A stretch of 32,000 nucleotides of DNA from an archaeon. GTDB lineage: Archaea; Asgardarchaeota; Thorarchaeia; Thorarchaeales; Thorarchaeaceae. Each line of letters begins with the position of its first letter. The stretch's first letter is position 1. Of this stretch, positions 18,411 to 28,852 are shown piece after piece. The position numbers and the translations under genes are program-made. The notes beneath the pieces are model-generated. The model was not told the origin of the DNA. It worked only from the letters and a program-made list of their open reading frames with translations, and made no database searches. The stretch is from NCBI GenBank assembly GCA_024275415.1, contig JAJRZD010000043.1, positions 122,579 to 154,578 of the forward strand, written 5' to 3'.

Positions 18411-18968
18411 TTGGTGTGTATCTTGTCCACGGAGGTATACAAGGCAATCGTGATAGGCCCTAGGAATGTAGGGAAGAGTTCCCTAGTACGGAGGTATCTG
18501 GATGACATCTTCCTTGAGAAGTACACTGCAACTGTCGGTGTGGACTTGCGAGCTGCGAACATGGATTTTCCTGATGGCACAGTCACATTGACCATCGTTG
18601 ATCTGGGTGGGCAAGAGTCGTTTGACCTGCTACGCTCCCGATTCTATCAAGGGGCTCATTATGTGATGCTCGTCTATGACATCACAGAGCGTGAAACATT
18701 CGATCAGATAATCGATTGGTACGAAAATCTTTCCCTGAGTTTTTGCGAGAACGAAGGTAACATGTTGAACGGGGCCTTGGTGGCAAACAAGTGCGACCTC
18801 ATCGGCAACCATGAGGTCGAGGTTTCTGAAGGCAAGCAGCTCGCACAAGTCCTTTGCCTCGACTTTTACAAGACAAGTGCAAAAACTGGAGAGAATGTAG
18901 GCGAACTCTTCGTCAATGCTGCCATTAAGAGCAGGATGACATTCCGTCAGGCTCAGCATATGAGATAG
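18411..18968 (+). CDS. Rab-like small GTPase
   Basis: GPRNVGKS, TVGVD, DLGGQE, FYQGA, LVYDIT, NKCD, SAK; no C-terminal Cys prenylation motif. Confidence 0.92.
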   Translation: MVCILSTEVYKAIVIGPRNVGKSSLVRRYLDDIFLEKYTATVGVDLRAANMDFPDGTVTLTIVDLGGQESFDLLRSRFYQGAHYVMLVYDITERETFDQIIDWYENLSLSFCENEGNMLNGALVANKCDLIGNHEVEVSEGKQLAQVLCLDFYKTSAKTGENVGELFVNAAIKSRMTFRQAQHMR

Positions 18969-18971
18969 GAC

Positions 18972-18998
18972 GCTCAGGAATCCCACTGACACCTGAGC
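18972..18998. terminator. Hairpin between convergent Rab-like and pmbA genes
   Basis: GCTCAGG...CCTGAGC 7-bp inverted repeat in the 42-bp gap. Confidence 0.3.
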
Positions 18999-19010
18999 AT
19001 CACCACACTA

Positions 19011-20390
19011 CTACTGGGTCGCTGCGGTTATCCTGCAATCCCGAATCCGAATCGATGGGATGAACGTTGGAGTGGGGACTTCCCACCAGTAGATTTGTCG
19101 TCTGTCATCCCCAACGGCATCGATGTTAGCAAACATCCGCATCGTGTTGTCGCTGATACGCACGTTCTTGATGGGTTTCATCTCGCCCTTGTCTATCAAG
19201 AACATGGCATCTCTAGGGATCGTCGAGAACTCCCCAGTCTGGTAGTTCTGGAATCGTGTATACCAGTTGCTTGTCACATAGATGGTGGGTTTCGGGTTCT
19301 CAAACAGTTCTTCTACCGAGTGGTTTCCGTTGTCAAAGACGAGGTTCGATGTGTTAGGAAGCAACATCTTGAGACCCTGACCAAGCCCTAGCATCGCAGA
19401 ACTCCCTGTGGAAGAGGTTTCGTACATCTTTGCAGTGGTGGTGTTGTGGACGAACGACCTCAGCACTCCATCTTTCACTATCTCGGTCTGTTGAGTGGGA
19501 GTGCCCTCGAAATCGAATGCCCTGCATGCCAACCCGTTGGGAATCCATGGGTTATCCGTCACAGTCACAAAGTCGGGTGCTATCTGTTCGCCCATCTTAT
19601 CGCCTAAAGGTGAGAAGCCTATCAGTACCATGAACGGATTAGCCGCATCGGGAATCCCACCCAAGACGTTAGCCCCTACTGTCGGGCTGAGTATCAGGTC
19701 ATAAACCCCAGGCTCTCCTTGAACAGCACCAATCGCCTCTTTTGACAGGCCTCCCGCCTTTGCACCAGCCGCAATGATGCCTTTCTCCGCTTGAGTCGGC
19801 ATTGTCCCACATTCAAGCCCCTGCCCTGAATGATCGAGTTCGTCTTGGAACGCACGGATATTGATATCAAAGGATGTCATCTTGCTCGACCCCTCGGGGC
19901 CATAGCTCGACTTGAGAAAGGTGAACTTCTTCGAGAACATCAATGCTCCAGCGACCCGTTTTGCTCCTTCAGAGATTGCTGCATCTATCGCAGAGTTCAC
20001 GAACTCTGGAGCCATCTCTGTGAAGTCGTCGATTCGTGGGTCATAGGCACCTTTCAGGTCGCGGTACTTGTGGACATTCTCCTCAACACCTGCAAAGAAC
20101 ATCGACTCGGGTAATCGTGTTGCGAACGCAATCGTGTCATCCACTGCTTTCCGTGCCGCATCCTCGGAAGTCACAGATCGCTCACTGTAACCCACTCGCG
20201 TTCCTTCTACAACCACGAAAGTTTCGAGTTTGAGCTCTTCCCATCTTTTCCCAATGTCGATGGAGTTCTGGCTGAACCGGATCTGTGAACCAGATGAAAT
20301 CATTCCGCGTGCTATGATACCTTCAATCTTGTCCCGAGCGTGTTCCACTGCTATATCAACATAGGTCTTCAAGTCATCGTATTCTGACAT
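19011..20390 (-). CDS. pmbA: TldE/PmbA family protein
   Basis: FDFEGTPTQ, VKDGVL, GEFSTIPR, PIKNVRIS; start MSEYDDLK at 20390 overlaps the tldD TGA by 1 nt. Confidence 0.88.
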   Translation of the reverse strand: MSEYDDLKTYVDIAVEHARDKIEGIIARGMISSGSQIRFSQNSIDIGKRWEELKLETFVVVEGTRVGYSERSVTSEDAARKAVDDTIAFATRLPESMFFAGVEENVHKYRDLKGAYDPRIDDFTEMAPEFVNSAIDAAISEGAKRVAGALMFSKKFTFLKSSYGPEGSSKMTSFDINIRAFQDELDHSGQGLECGTMPTQAEKGIIAAGAKAGGLSKEAIGAVQGEPGVYDLILSPTVGANVLGGIPDAANPFMVLIGFSPLGDKMGEQIAPDFVTVTDNPWIPNGLACRAFDFEGTPTQQTEIVKDGVLRSFVHNTTTAKMYETSSTGSSAMLGLGQGLKMLLPNTSNLVFDNGNHSVEELFENPKPTIYVTSNWYTRFQNYQTGEFSTIPRDAMFLIDKGEMKPIKNVRISDNTMRMFANIDAVGDDRRQIYWWEVPTPTFIPSIRIRDCRITAATQ

Positions 20391-21820
20391 CAGCCAACAC
20401 CTCCAAGTCGGATGCCTCTGAACCGTATATCTCCGCCTCCTGCATACACCGGCACACCCTGCATGGGGTCGCTCTTGCCACATGTCCCTGGAAAGTCAAA
20501 GCGCAACTCTTTAGACACTGCATCTACCGAGCTTAGCAATCCAACACTCGTGGTTTCAAGCACGGGACGTTTGACCATTGTGTCTGTCAGTTCCCCATTG
20601 CGTATCAGGTACGCCTCCACTCCAGAGTACTTCGATTGGTATCGGCGGTCGTCTATGTTCCATTCGGCGAAGGTACGCATAAACACGCCTAATTTTACAT
20701 CCTCAAGGAGTTCCTCAAAAGAGTGGTTGCCGGGCTCGAAGTAGGTATTCGCCATCCTGATAATTGGCTCACGGTTATAGGCAACTGATCTGGCTGCAGC
20801 GTTAGAGCCAAACCCGAACTTGGTGCCAAACTCCCTGTTTAGGAGTGGCTCGTTGATGACACCGTTCTTGATGAGGACACGCTTTCGAGCCTTCACGCCC
20901 TCGTCATCATAGAGATAGAACCCACCGGTATTGGGGATGGTAGGATCCTCGCACACGGTCACCGCATCTGAACCGACTCGTGATTTTCCGAAGTCGAGGT
21001 CTCGCCAGAAGCTCTCACCAGCCTGAGCCCCTTCTCTGCCCATGATCCTGTCCCCCTCGGATGGGTGTCCGACATTTTCATGGGCGATGATACCAGCGAC
21101 TTCTGGACCCACGATCATGTCGATGGGCTGATCCATCAGTTCGGCGACTTTTTGAGCGTTATCAGCGGCTTTCTGGAGGCGTTGTGCTTCATCAGCAAGC
21201 CCCTCAATGACCTTTCCATCCTTAATGCGTTCCCATCCGCCACATTGGGTCATATCTAACATTCGTTGGGCATCCCCTGTCTTTCCTTTGGCGGTAAGAA
21301 GGCAAAAAATGCTGATGTACGAAGTGAAACCTTCTATCTGGGTGCCCTCGCTCGTCACGAGATATTTCGCTGTTTCAAAGGGATTAAGCATCATTGTGTA
21401 CTGGGCAAGACCACTCATTTGCCTATTCATCTCATCTGCCGTTTCCATCATTGTATCGATGTCAACATCACTGATACGCTCCTTAATATCGACACTCCAT
21501 TTGGCCTGATTGGAAACTGGTTCGCCCAAGTCAATCCGTTCTTTCCTGTGTGCGCCCTTGGCCATCTTATAGGCGGCCGTGATGGCATCAGTTGCCACAG
21601 TCTTGTCTAACCGGTCAAACGACGCAAACCCCATGTTTCCATTTACAAGGATTCGAACACCAATCCCGACTGAGGGTGCGATTCCACCGGATACTGGAGC
21701 ACCGTTCCTATAGGCAAATCCTCGTCCTGTCCCATGAACAAATCGGGCTTCAACATAGTCCCCGCCGAGGTCACGGCCGAACTCGACGCAGAACTCTGCA
21801 AGATCCTTTCCATCTTTCAC
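20390..21820 (-). CDS. tldD: TldD family metalloprotease
   Basis: HENVGH zinc motif, YDDEGV, PIIRMANT, CGK near C-terminus. Confidence 0.92.
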   Translation of the reverse strand: MKDGKDLAEFCVEFGRDLGGDYVEARFVHGTGRGFAYRNGAPVSGGIAPSVGIGVRILVNGNMGFASFDRLDKTVATDAITAAYKMAKGAHRKERIDLGEPVSNQAKWSVDIKERISDVDIDTMMETADEMNRQMSGLAQYTMMLNPFETAKYLVTSEGTQIEGFTSYISIFCLLTAKGKTGDAQRMLDMTQCGGWERIKDGKVIEGLADEAQRLQKAADNAQKVAELMDQPIDMIVGPEVAGIIAHENVGHPSEGDRIMGREGAQAGESFWRDLDFGKSRVGSDAVTVCEDPTIPNTGGFYLYDDEGVKARKRVLIKNGVINEPLLNREFGTKFGFGSNAAARSVAYNREPIIRMANTYFEPGNHSFEELLEDVKLGVFMRTFAEWNIDDRRYQSKYSGVEAYLIRNGELTDTMVKRPVLETTSVGLLSSVDAVSKELRFDFPGTCGKSDPMQGVPVYAGGGDIRFRGIRLGGVG

Positions 21821-21965
21821 TTCAATGACCTTCTTCCTGTCGATGTCGGTTTACCAGATAAAGCATACGAAAAACGCTATCATGTCCGAATCCTTATTTA
21901 GATAGAAACTGGCGTGAGCGCGTGTGTATCCACAAGGGGTTGTCTGTTTGTCCTTGGTAGATGAA

Positions 21966-23276
21966 ATGACGAAAAAGAAATGGGTTTCTCTTGGCACATT
22001 CCTCATCATTGACGGATTACAAATCCTGTTCGTTTCGTTCATCACTCTGGACGAGTCGACCCCGTGGATCATTGGCTTTGACCCGTCGAGGAGCAATCCG
22101 CTGACTTCGCTGACGTTGTTTGTTGGGATTACTATCGCTCAGTTATCCTTGTTGTACTACGTTTCACTGCGAACGATATCGGGAGCTAATATGCAACGGA
22201 TCTTCCCGAACTACGATGACTCGGGTCTTTGGCGCTGCAAGTATCTAAAGGACGACCTTGTACGATGGTCGATGGAGATTGCTGACAAGTCGAGTGTGAA
22301 GATAGACCGAATCCTCGTGATGCAGTCACCTCTTCCAAACGCATTCACTTTCAGTCTTCCGCTCATAGGTTCGGTTCTCGTTATCTACAGCAATATCATG
22401 GATCTTCTCAACGAGAACGAGGTTAAGGCAATCATCGCCCATGAAATCGGACACATCAAGAACAAAGACTCGCTAACATCGATATTCTCGCAGATGCCGG
22501 CATTCTTCATCGATGTCATCTATATTTACATCTATGCACGGCTTGGTCTGGGTATTGCCACAGCACTACTGGTCAACTTCGACATCATCACAGCAACAAT
22601 CCGCATACTCGTCCTCATTGGATTCTTCATCCTATCAAGAGTCATGGTTTTCCTCACTCGTCTCTTAGTGCAAAGTGCAGTCAGAAAAGCAGAGATGCTT
22701 GCAGACCATCACGCTGCCGTTATTATCGGCTTGGAATCGAGCATGAATGCATTGATTCGCCTTGGACAGCGAGTGGAAGCTGTCACTGCACTTGTCGACA
22801 CAATTCGGTGGCTGGAATCGCTTAATCCCGAGCGGGTCACTCCTGTGACACAGGAGGAGCTAGGAAGGATGATTCTTTCATTTCCTCTGGATGGCATAGA
22901 TGAGAAGAATGCCGAACAGATGGCCCCATGGGTTTTTCTCTACACCAAGTTGAAGCATCTCAGAGAGGTATATGGTGTTGAGCTTACAGATGAGCAGATA
23001 ACAGAAGCCATAACACCAGCAGTCCGCTCGTTGTCACAACAGCGATCAGAAAACAAGACTGACGAGAGCGCTAGGAGAGTTGTTGACTGGCGGACTGCCG
23101 ATGTTGACGGGGATGACCGTCTGTCCCCAGATGAGTTGTCCAGTCTGATTACAATGCTACGCGCAAATCCAACAAAGCTGATGTTTGACAGCGAAGTAGG
23201 CAAGAAACTGCTCCTGCTTGATCATCCTGATTTCAGGAGCCGTATCCTATTCATTGCTGATACTTTTGGCATGTAA
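21966..23276 (+). CDS. M48 (HtpX/Ste24-like) membrane zinc protease with an inserted EF-hand-like loop
   Basis: PNAF, AHEIGH, EMLADH, terminal HPDFRSRI; DVDGDDRLSPDE at 23100-23135. ATG 21966 preferred over track start 21924. Confidence 0.88.
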   Translation: MTKKKWVSLGTFLIIDGLQILFVSFITLDESTPWIIGFDPSRSNPLTSLTLFVGITIAQLSLLYYVSLRTISGANMQRIFPNYDDSGLWRCKYLKDDLVRWSMEIADKSSVKIDRILVMQSPLPNAFTFSLPLIGSVLVIYSNIMDLLNENEVKAIIAHEIGHIKNKDSLTSIFSQMPAFFIDVIYIYIYARLGLGIATALLVNFDIITATIRILVLIGFFILSRVMVFLTRLLVQSAVRKAEMLADHHAAVIIGLESSMNALIRLGQRVEAVTALVDTIRWLESLNPERVTPVTQEELGRMILSFPLDGIDEKNAEQMAPWVFLYTKLKHLREVYGVELTDEQITEAITPAVRSLSQQRSENKTDESARRVVDWRTADVDGDDRLSPDELSSLITMLRANPTKLMFDSEVGKKLLLLDHPDFRSRILFIADTFGM

Positions 23277-23289
23277 ATACGTGAAGAAA

Positions 23290-24738
23290 TCACCCCAATG
23301 CTGCTGGGTCGGATTCGTGATTCTGATTCCTTGTATAGTTGACTTCCACTGGGTTCAGCCCTCGAAGCGCTGAAACACCTGCTGCGATCACGACGACCAT
23401 ACACGTAGAATAGATTGCAATGCGGTATGCACCAGAATACGCGGCGAAGAACACAGGGCCGGCTGTCGCACCGCTGGGGTTCAAGAGTACAAAGAAGAGT
23501 GAGAATATAGAAGTCGCAAGAGCAGTGGCGATGCTAAAACCAGTAGTCCTAGCGATATTAGTCAGAGCACTCACGACGCCCATGTACTCGTGTGGTGCAG
23601 AGGTCATGATAAAGTTCCCATTTGCGACAGAGAACAGAGAGAGACCGCTCCCCATGACCACAATGCCAAGAAGGATTAACGGGACATCAGGGATCACTGT
23701 GGCGATGAAAACGAGCCCCGCAGTTTCAATCAAGAGACCTGCTGTTGTCAGTACCCTACCATTCACGCGCTCGGAGAAATACCCTGCGATAGGACCAGTA
23801 ACTGAGATAGTGATAGGTTGTGTGATTAAGACGATACCTGTTAGAGACTGGGAAAAGCCTAATGCCTCTTGCAAGAAGAAGGGTAGGAGGAACGTCACAG
23901 GTATCATCCCAAAATATGCAAGGATGGCAGAGAAGATGCTAGTACTGATCCTTTTGTCAGCTAGCACCTTTGTGGGAATGATAGGGCTGATGAACGTACG
24001 TTCTCGCTGGATGAACCCGATGAACAGTACCAGAGTACTACCTAACATCACAATGATCATCATTGGCTCTAGAGTTGCCAGGACTGATATCGTATAGACG
24101 AACATGAACAAGGACGAGAAAAAGAGGACAGCCCCTACCGTATCGAACTTGGTCTCATGAATCTTCTCCGTGTGTGGCACAAGCTTTGACACAGCGATGA
24201 ATCCGATAGCCCCGATAGGTAGGTTCACCAAGAAGATACTTTCCCATCCGTAGAACTCGCTGAGAACGCCCCCTAGTACTGGGCCAATAGCCAACGCTGC
24301 AGCTAGGACAACAGAGTTGATCCCGATTGCCCGTCCTCTATTCTCTGGGGTCGTGAAATATGTCACAAGGGCAAGCCCGTTTGCAGTCATCATAGCGGAG
24401 CCGATTCCCTGAAAGATTCTAGACGCTATGAGGATGAAAAGGGTAGGTGACAGAGCACAGAACAGAGACCCTAGGACGAAGATGACCATGCCTGTCTGGA
24501 ATACTCTTGTCTTCCCGAAACGGTCTCCGAATTTCCCCATCAATGGCATCATTGAGGTCAGGACGAGCAGGTAGACGATTACCACCCATTGAATAGACTC
24601 GATGTCCACCGAGAGAGCATTTGCTATCGTGACCAGTGAAACGTTGACTATGGAGCCATCAAGAGCACTAAGGAATATACCGAAGCTGGTGCCAAGGATG
24701 ATGGACACCCAGCTTGGTAATCGATGTGACTCGCTCAT
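23290..24738 (-). CDS. MFS transporter, DHA2 (EmrB/QacA-like) family
   Basis: LDGSIVNVSL, GKFGDRFGK, RIFQGIG, GPVLGG; about 14 TM. Confidence 0.92.
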   Translation of the reverse strand: MSESHRLPSWVSIILGTSFGIFLSALDGSIVNVSLVTIANALSVDIESIQWVVIVYLLVLTSMMPLMGKFGDRFGKTRVFQTGMVIFVLGSLFCALSPTLFILIASRIFQGIGSAMMTANGLALVTYFTTPENRGRAIGINSVVLAAALAIGPVLGGVLSEFYGWESIFLVNLPIGAIGFIAVSKLVPHTEKIHETKFDTVGAVLFFSSLFMFVYTISVLATLEPMMIIVMLGSTLVLFIGFIQRERTFISPIIPTKVLADKRISTSIFSAILAYFGMIPVTFLLPFFLQEALGFSQSLTGIVLITQPITISVTGPIAGYFSERVNGRVLTTAGLLIETAGLVFIATVIPDVPLILLGIVVMGSGLSLFSVANGNFIMTSAPHEYMGVVSALTNIARTTGFSIATALATSIFSLFFVLLNPSGATAGPVFFAAYSGAYRIAIYSTCMVVVIAAGVSALRGLNPVEVNYTRNQNHESDPAALG

Positions 24739-24871
24739 GTCATGACCTCATTGATTCAGTACATGCTGCAACTTTCATCGCAGACTTAAGCTTTGGGCTA
24801 AGGGACTGGATAGATTGTGAACGAGTTAAAACAAGACTTGTTGTCAACAGATCCACACTCTCTCCATCACG

Positions 24872-25054
24872 ATGTGGATTGCAGACCTAATGCCTTCGGA
24901 CTTCCAGAGAATCAATGACCTCCCGGATATAGTTAAGGAGATTGATGACATTCTAGATGGTATAGACTACTGCCAAACTCGCATATATCCTCGAACTGTA
25001 TACCTCGACTATCTCAGCGATGCTTGGTACCTATGGTATGGAAGACTCCGGTAA
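24872..25054 (+). CDS. Possible small hypothetical protein
   Basis: 60-aa ORF in the gap between MFS and fdhD; no motif. Confidence 0.25.
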   Translation: MWIADLMPSDFQRINDLPDIVKEIDDILDGIDYCQTRIYPRTVYLDYLSDAWYLWYGRLR

Positions 25055-25123
25055 GAAAGAAAGCAAATAGCAACGCCGACCGAACAGATGATGTTTTATC
25101 AAGCCTCTGCTATGGTGTTCCCT

Positions 25124-25870
25124 ATGAAGGGAACAAGGCAGGGACACTTTCTTCGTTTCGTGAACGGCGAATTCATCGAAATGAAAGAAACGGTCGCATC
25201 AGAGGGTTTACTGGAACTATGGATCGAGGATATGCAGATTGCTCGCTTCACCTGTAGCCCTGATATGAAACCAGAACTCGCGCTTGGATTCCTAATCACG
25301 TCAGGGTTGCTGTTCCCAACCGAAGATTGTGAGCTGGATATTGTTGATGAACGGACAATGGTTCTGAGAACCGAGGCGAAGACAAGGCTAGTCCAGAGAT
25401 TCTTACAAACACAGGTGGAGCCAATCCTTCCTGTAATGAAAAACGATCCCTATGAGATAGTGATTCCAGTCGCGGATGTCAAGTCACTTGCGAAAGATCT
25501 TGTCGGATCTCAGAATCTATATCCCGCCACAAGTGGAGCCCATGGTGCTCTGATTCATGATACTACTAGTGGAGAGCATATCATTGCTGAGGACATCGGC
25601 CGACTCAATGCTGTTGACAAGGTTATTGGTGCAGGGATAAGGAAGGGATATGACTTCTCAAAAGCGCTGTGCATCGTCACAGGGAAGTTAACCTCTGAAC
25701 TGGTTTCGAAAGTTATCAATGCCAGAATCCCCTTTTTAGGGTCTCTCACGGTCGCGACCGACCTTGGAATCCATTTAGCAATGAACTCGCATCAAACTCT
25801 AGCGGGTCGTCTTCGGGATGAACAGTTCTGGTTGTATTGCAAAGGTCATGCAACGCTTGTGCCAGAGTGA
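25124..25870 (+). CDS. fdhD: FdhD/NarQ family protein, atypical (no CxxC loop)
   Basis: CSPDMKPELALGFL, SGAHGA, EDIGRLNAVDKVIG, GKLTSELVSK. ATG 25124 has a GGTG RBS (track start 25088). Confidence 0.8.
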   Translation: MKGTRQGHFLRFVNGEFIEMKETVASEGLLELWIEDMQIARFTCSPDMKPELALGFLITSGLLFPTEDCELDIVDERTMVLRTEAKTRLVQRFLQTQVEPILPVMKNDPYEIVIPVADVKSLAKDLVGSQNLYPATSGAHGALIHDTTSGEHIIAEDIGRLNAVDKVIGAGIRKGYDFSKALCIVTGKLTSELVSKVINARIPFLGSLTVATDLGIHLAMNSHQTLAGRLRDEQFWLYCKGHATLVPE

Positions 25871-25873
25871 CTA

Positions 25874-28852
25874 TTATTCGAAAGTTTCAGCGATGCTGAA
25901 AAGAACCGTATCCGTTCCCTCTATCCGTGACAGTTCAAGATCCACTAGGATGTCCTTGCCATAGGCAGTCCGTAGTATCCATTCTAATCGTTGAGGATTC
26001 CCATCAAGGGCCTTCGAGATACAATCTTTCATCTTGCTTTTCGAGCTTGAACCATCTGGCTGTTTTCTTGGCGCTTTGCTCCAAGCACGGAGTCTTACAA
26101 GCTCGTCTAATTCCATGCCTAAGACTGACAAAAGTGCATCATTTGCAAATTCGAACTTGTCATCCCTAATCACAGCCATGCCATTCTTGGCAGCCTTCAT
26201 CATCGCCATAAGCTTTCGTATCTTTTCGTCTTTGAGAGCGGCGACTGCCTTTTCGCCTGTAATATCAATGAGAATAGACAGGATGGCGGGCTCTCCTTGA
26301 TAGATAATCTTTTGAGGTGCATCTCGGATCCAGACAACTTTCTTGTCTTTACCTATAATTCGATATTCGAATGATGGATGATATTCTCCGACTTCACCTT
26401 CAAGAATCACCTTGACTTTTTCCTCGACCATTGCGAGATCCTCTGGATGGAAAAGCGCATTGACCTGTTTGGACGAGAATGATTCCATCTCCTTGGCACT
26501 GAACCCCATTGTCTTCTGTACCGCCTGGTTCATGTAGACGATTTGAAGAGGTGGGTATCGAGTGATCGCAATCCCGAGGTTTGACCTCTCGACAAGCATC
26601 CGGTACCTTTCCTCACTTTCACGAAGTGCTTCTTCCGCTTGCTTTCGTTCAGTTATATCCACTCCAGAGCTGATGAGACCTATGATCTCCTTGTTCTCAT
26701 CATACAACAGGTTCGCCCGCCACGCGACCAATCGCTTATTGCCCTTACGGGTAATGACAGCACGCTCACTGTAGTCAATATAGTCTGGGTCACCCTTCAT
26801 AAGATCCGAGAACAGTTGTTTCACTTCATCACGCTCATCTTCGGGAACAAACTCGAACCATGATGTCCCTACAACATCCTCATCAACAGGTATCTCGAGA
26901 ACATGACGACCAACTCGATTAAGGAGCGATATGTTACCTTCGCGGTCTAGCACGAGGAAGATATTACCTGCCATTTTGAGATACATTCGAGCAAGGTCGC
27001 GTTGGGCTCTGAGTGCCCTCTCTGCCTCCACTCGCTCGGTGATGTCGCGAAAGAGAAATTGGAATCCTGTGTGCTCGCTGTTCTTTCTAAGAGCTGTACC
27101 AGTAGCATGAAAATAGAAGACACTCCTGTCCTTCCTCTGCCCCCGTGCTTCTAACCCCTGGTATCTTTCCTCCGACCCGAGTACGTTTGCCTCGAATGTG
27201 TTGATGACCCAGAGCCGATCGTCTGGGTGAATCAGCTCGTTTATGTTCATGCCTACCATGTCAGAGGGATCATAACCGAACATCTCTCCAGCAATCGGGT
27301 TGCAGAACAATATCTTCCCCTCTTTGTCAGTCATAAATACCGCATCTGGGATATTCTCGAAAAGAGTCCTGTAGCGTATCTCACTCTGTTTCAATGCCTG
27401 TTCGGCGTTGTGTTGGTCAGTGATATCTACTTCAAGTACCTGAATGGCGGGATGCCCCTCATACTCGATGACCCGTGCATAGGAGTCAACCCATCTGACC
27501 TCACCATCCGGTCGGATGTATCTGAAGCGGAGCGCCGGAAGCTGTCCCGTTTCTATCTTTTCAAATTCGATCCGTCGCTTCAGATTATCCAAGTCGTCAG
27601 GATGGAAAACTTGCTTGAACCCATCAGAATTCATAGCAATGAGTTCTCCAATTTCTCTCCCAACAATCTTTGCATACGCCGGGTTTGCAAAGATGACTCT
27701 CCCGTCTTGTAGGATTGCGATGCCTTGCACAGAATCGTTCACTAAGCGTTGGTACTGCTCTTCACTTTGACCAAGTGCCTCAAGAGTCAGCTTTTCCCAA
27801 CTAATATCCCGGACTATACCTGCTGCACGGACAGGATTATTTTTGGAATCAAACTCCACAAAACTTCCCCGGTCTATCACCCACTTGTAGTCGCCATTCT
27901 TTGTAAGCAGACGGTATTCAGCAGAGTAGAAAGGGGTCTGTCCCGTCAGGTGTTCGTACCACTTTATCCTTATCAACTCAACATCATCAGGATGAACTAA
28001 CTTGCGCCAATCGGAAGCAAAGGCTTCCATCTCATCTAACGTGTATCCAAGGAGTTTTGCATATCTTTCGGTGAACACCATTCTTGCATCCTTCTGATAC
28101 CACTCCCAAGGCGCAAGATCAGCACCTTTCAGTGCCAAATCCAATATCTCTTGGCTTCTCTTGAGAGCTTCCTGAGCCTTTCTAGTCCCAGTAATATCCC
28201 TCACGACCGCGATGATACTCTCACCGTCATCATGCAAGCTCATGGTGATTGAGAACCAGTGTCGCATGCCATCAATGTCTAGCTCGTATTCGAATGCATC
28301 TGGAACACCACTTTCCTTGACTTTCTGTGCAAGATCAACAGCACGCGCGTTCACTTCAGCAGGGAGCACCTTGTCCTCTGACAACCCGAGTGGGATCTCA
28401 ATGGCAGTAGGAACAAAGAACCTCGCTGCCGTGCGAAAGTACATTCCCCGCACGCGTTTGCTAGAATCCTTCTCTGTTGGTGGGGGATATTGCTCGACAA
28501 GTCCCTGATCCCTAAGCTTGTGAAGGTGGTAATAGCAATTATAACTGGTGAGCCCCAATTCCGGATTCGAATTGCCAACAGCGTCGACAATCTCTTGTAC
28601 GCTCATCCAGTAACGAATAACAGGTTTTCTGACAGTCACTTCTTCTATTACCTCAGTGCCATCTTCGAGGTTTCTCTTTGTCCTACGCACCTCGGTTTCA
28701 AAATCCTCCACCCCCTTGTCCAGTGCACGGATAACTTCTCTACGAATAGGATCATACAGGGACTGTCGTTGCTCATCTGAATCAAGCATCATGAAATCTC
28801 TACGCAGAGTGTCAGGAAAGTTAGGATGCCCCTTTGTTTCGCTCATGGACAT
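25874..28852 (-). CDS. Sensor protein: N-terminal wHTH (ArsR/HTH_20-like with insertion) plus about 6 complete and 1 partial PAS domains; no kinase
   Basis: LYDPIRREVIRAL...MSVQEIV...YYHLHKLRDQGLVE; repeated HPDD and R/VDIT PAS/PAC motifs to the C-terminus; no H-box or HATPase motifs. Confidence 0.9.
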   Translation of the reverse strand: MSMSETKGHPNFPDTLRRDFMMLDSDEQRQSLYDPIRREVIRALDKGVEDFETEVRRTKRNLEDGTEVIEEVTVRKPVIRYWMSVQEIVDAVGNSNPELGLTSYNCYYHLHKLRDQGLVEQYPPPTEKDSSKRVRGMYFRTAARFFVPTAIEIPLGLSEDKVLPAEVNARAVDLAQKVKESGVPDAFEYELDIDGMRHWFSITMSLHDDGESIIAVVRDITGTRKAQEALKRSQEILDLALKGADLAPWEWYQKDARMVFTERYAKLLGYTLDEMEAFASDWRKLVHPDDVELIRIKWYEHLTGQTPFYSAEYRLLTKNGDYKWVIDRGSFVEFDSKNNPVRAAGIVRDISWEKLTLEALGQSEEQYQRLVNDSVQGIAILQDGRVIFANPAYAKIVGREIGELIAMNSDGFKQVFHPDDLDNLKRRIEFEKIETGQLPALRFRYIRPDGEVRWVDSYARVIEYEGHPAIQVLEVDITDQHNAEQALKQSEIRYRTLFENIPDAVFMTDKEGKILFCNPIAGEMFGYDPSDMVGMNINELIHPDDRLWVINTFEANVLGSEERYQGLEARGQRKDRSVFYFHATGTALRKNSEHTGFQFLFRDITERVEAERALRAQRDLARMYLKMAGNIFLVLDREGNISLLNRVGRHVLEIPVDEDVVGTSWFEFVPEDERDEVKQLFSDLMKGDPDYIDYSERAVITRKGNKRLVAWRANLLYDENKEIIGLISSGVDITERKQAEEALRESEERYRMLVERSNLGIAITRYPPLQIVYMNQAVQKTMGFSAKEMESFSSKQVNALFHPEDLAMVEEKVKVILEGEVGEYHPSFEYRIIGKDKKVVWIRDAPQKIIYQGEPAILSILIDITGEKAVAALKDEKIRKLMAMMKAAKNGMAVIRDDKFEFANDALLSVLGMELDELVRLRAWSKAPRKQPDGSSSKSKMKDCISKALDGNPQRLEWILRTAYGKDILVDLELSRIEGTDTVLFSIAETFE

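Noticed and set aside
20391-20483. Extended pmbA N-terminus from 20483
   Set aside because: It overlaps the tldD 3' end; the TGATG junction at 20388-20392 gives the natural start.
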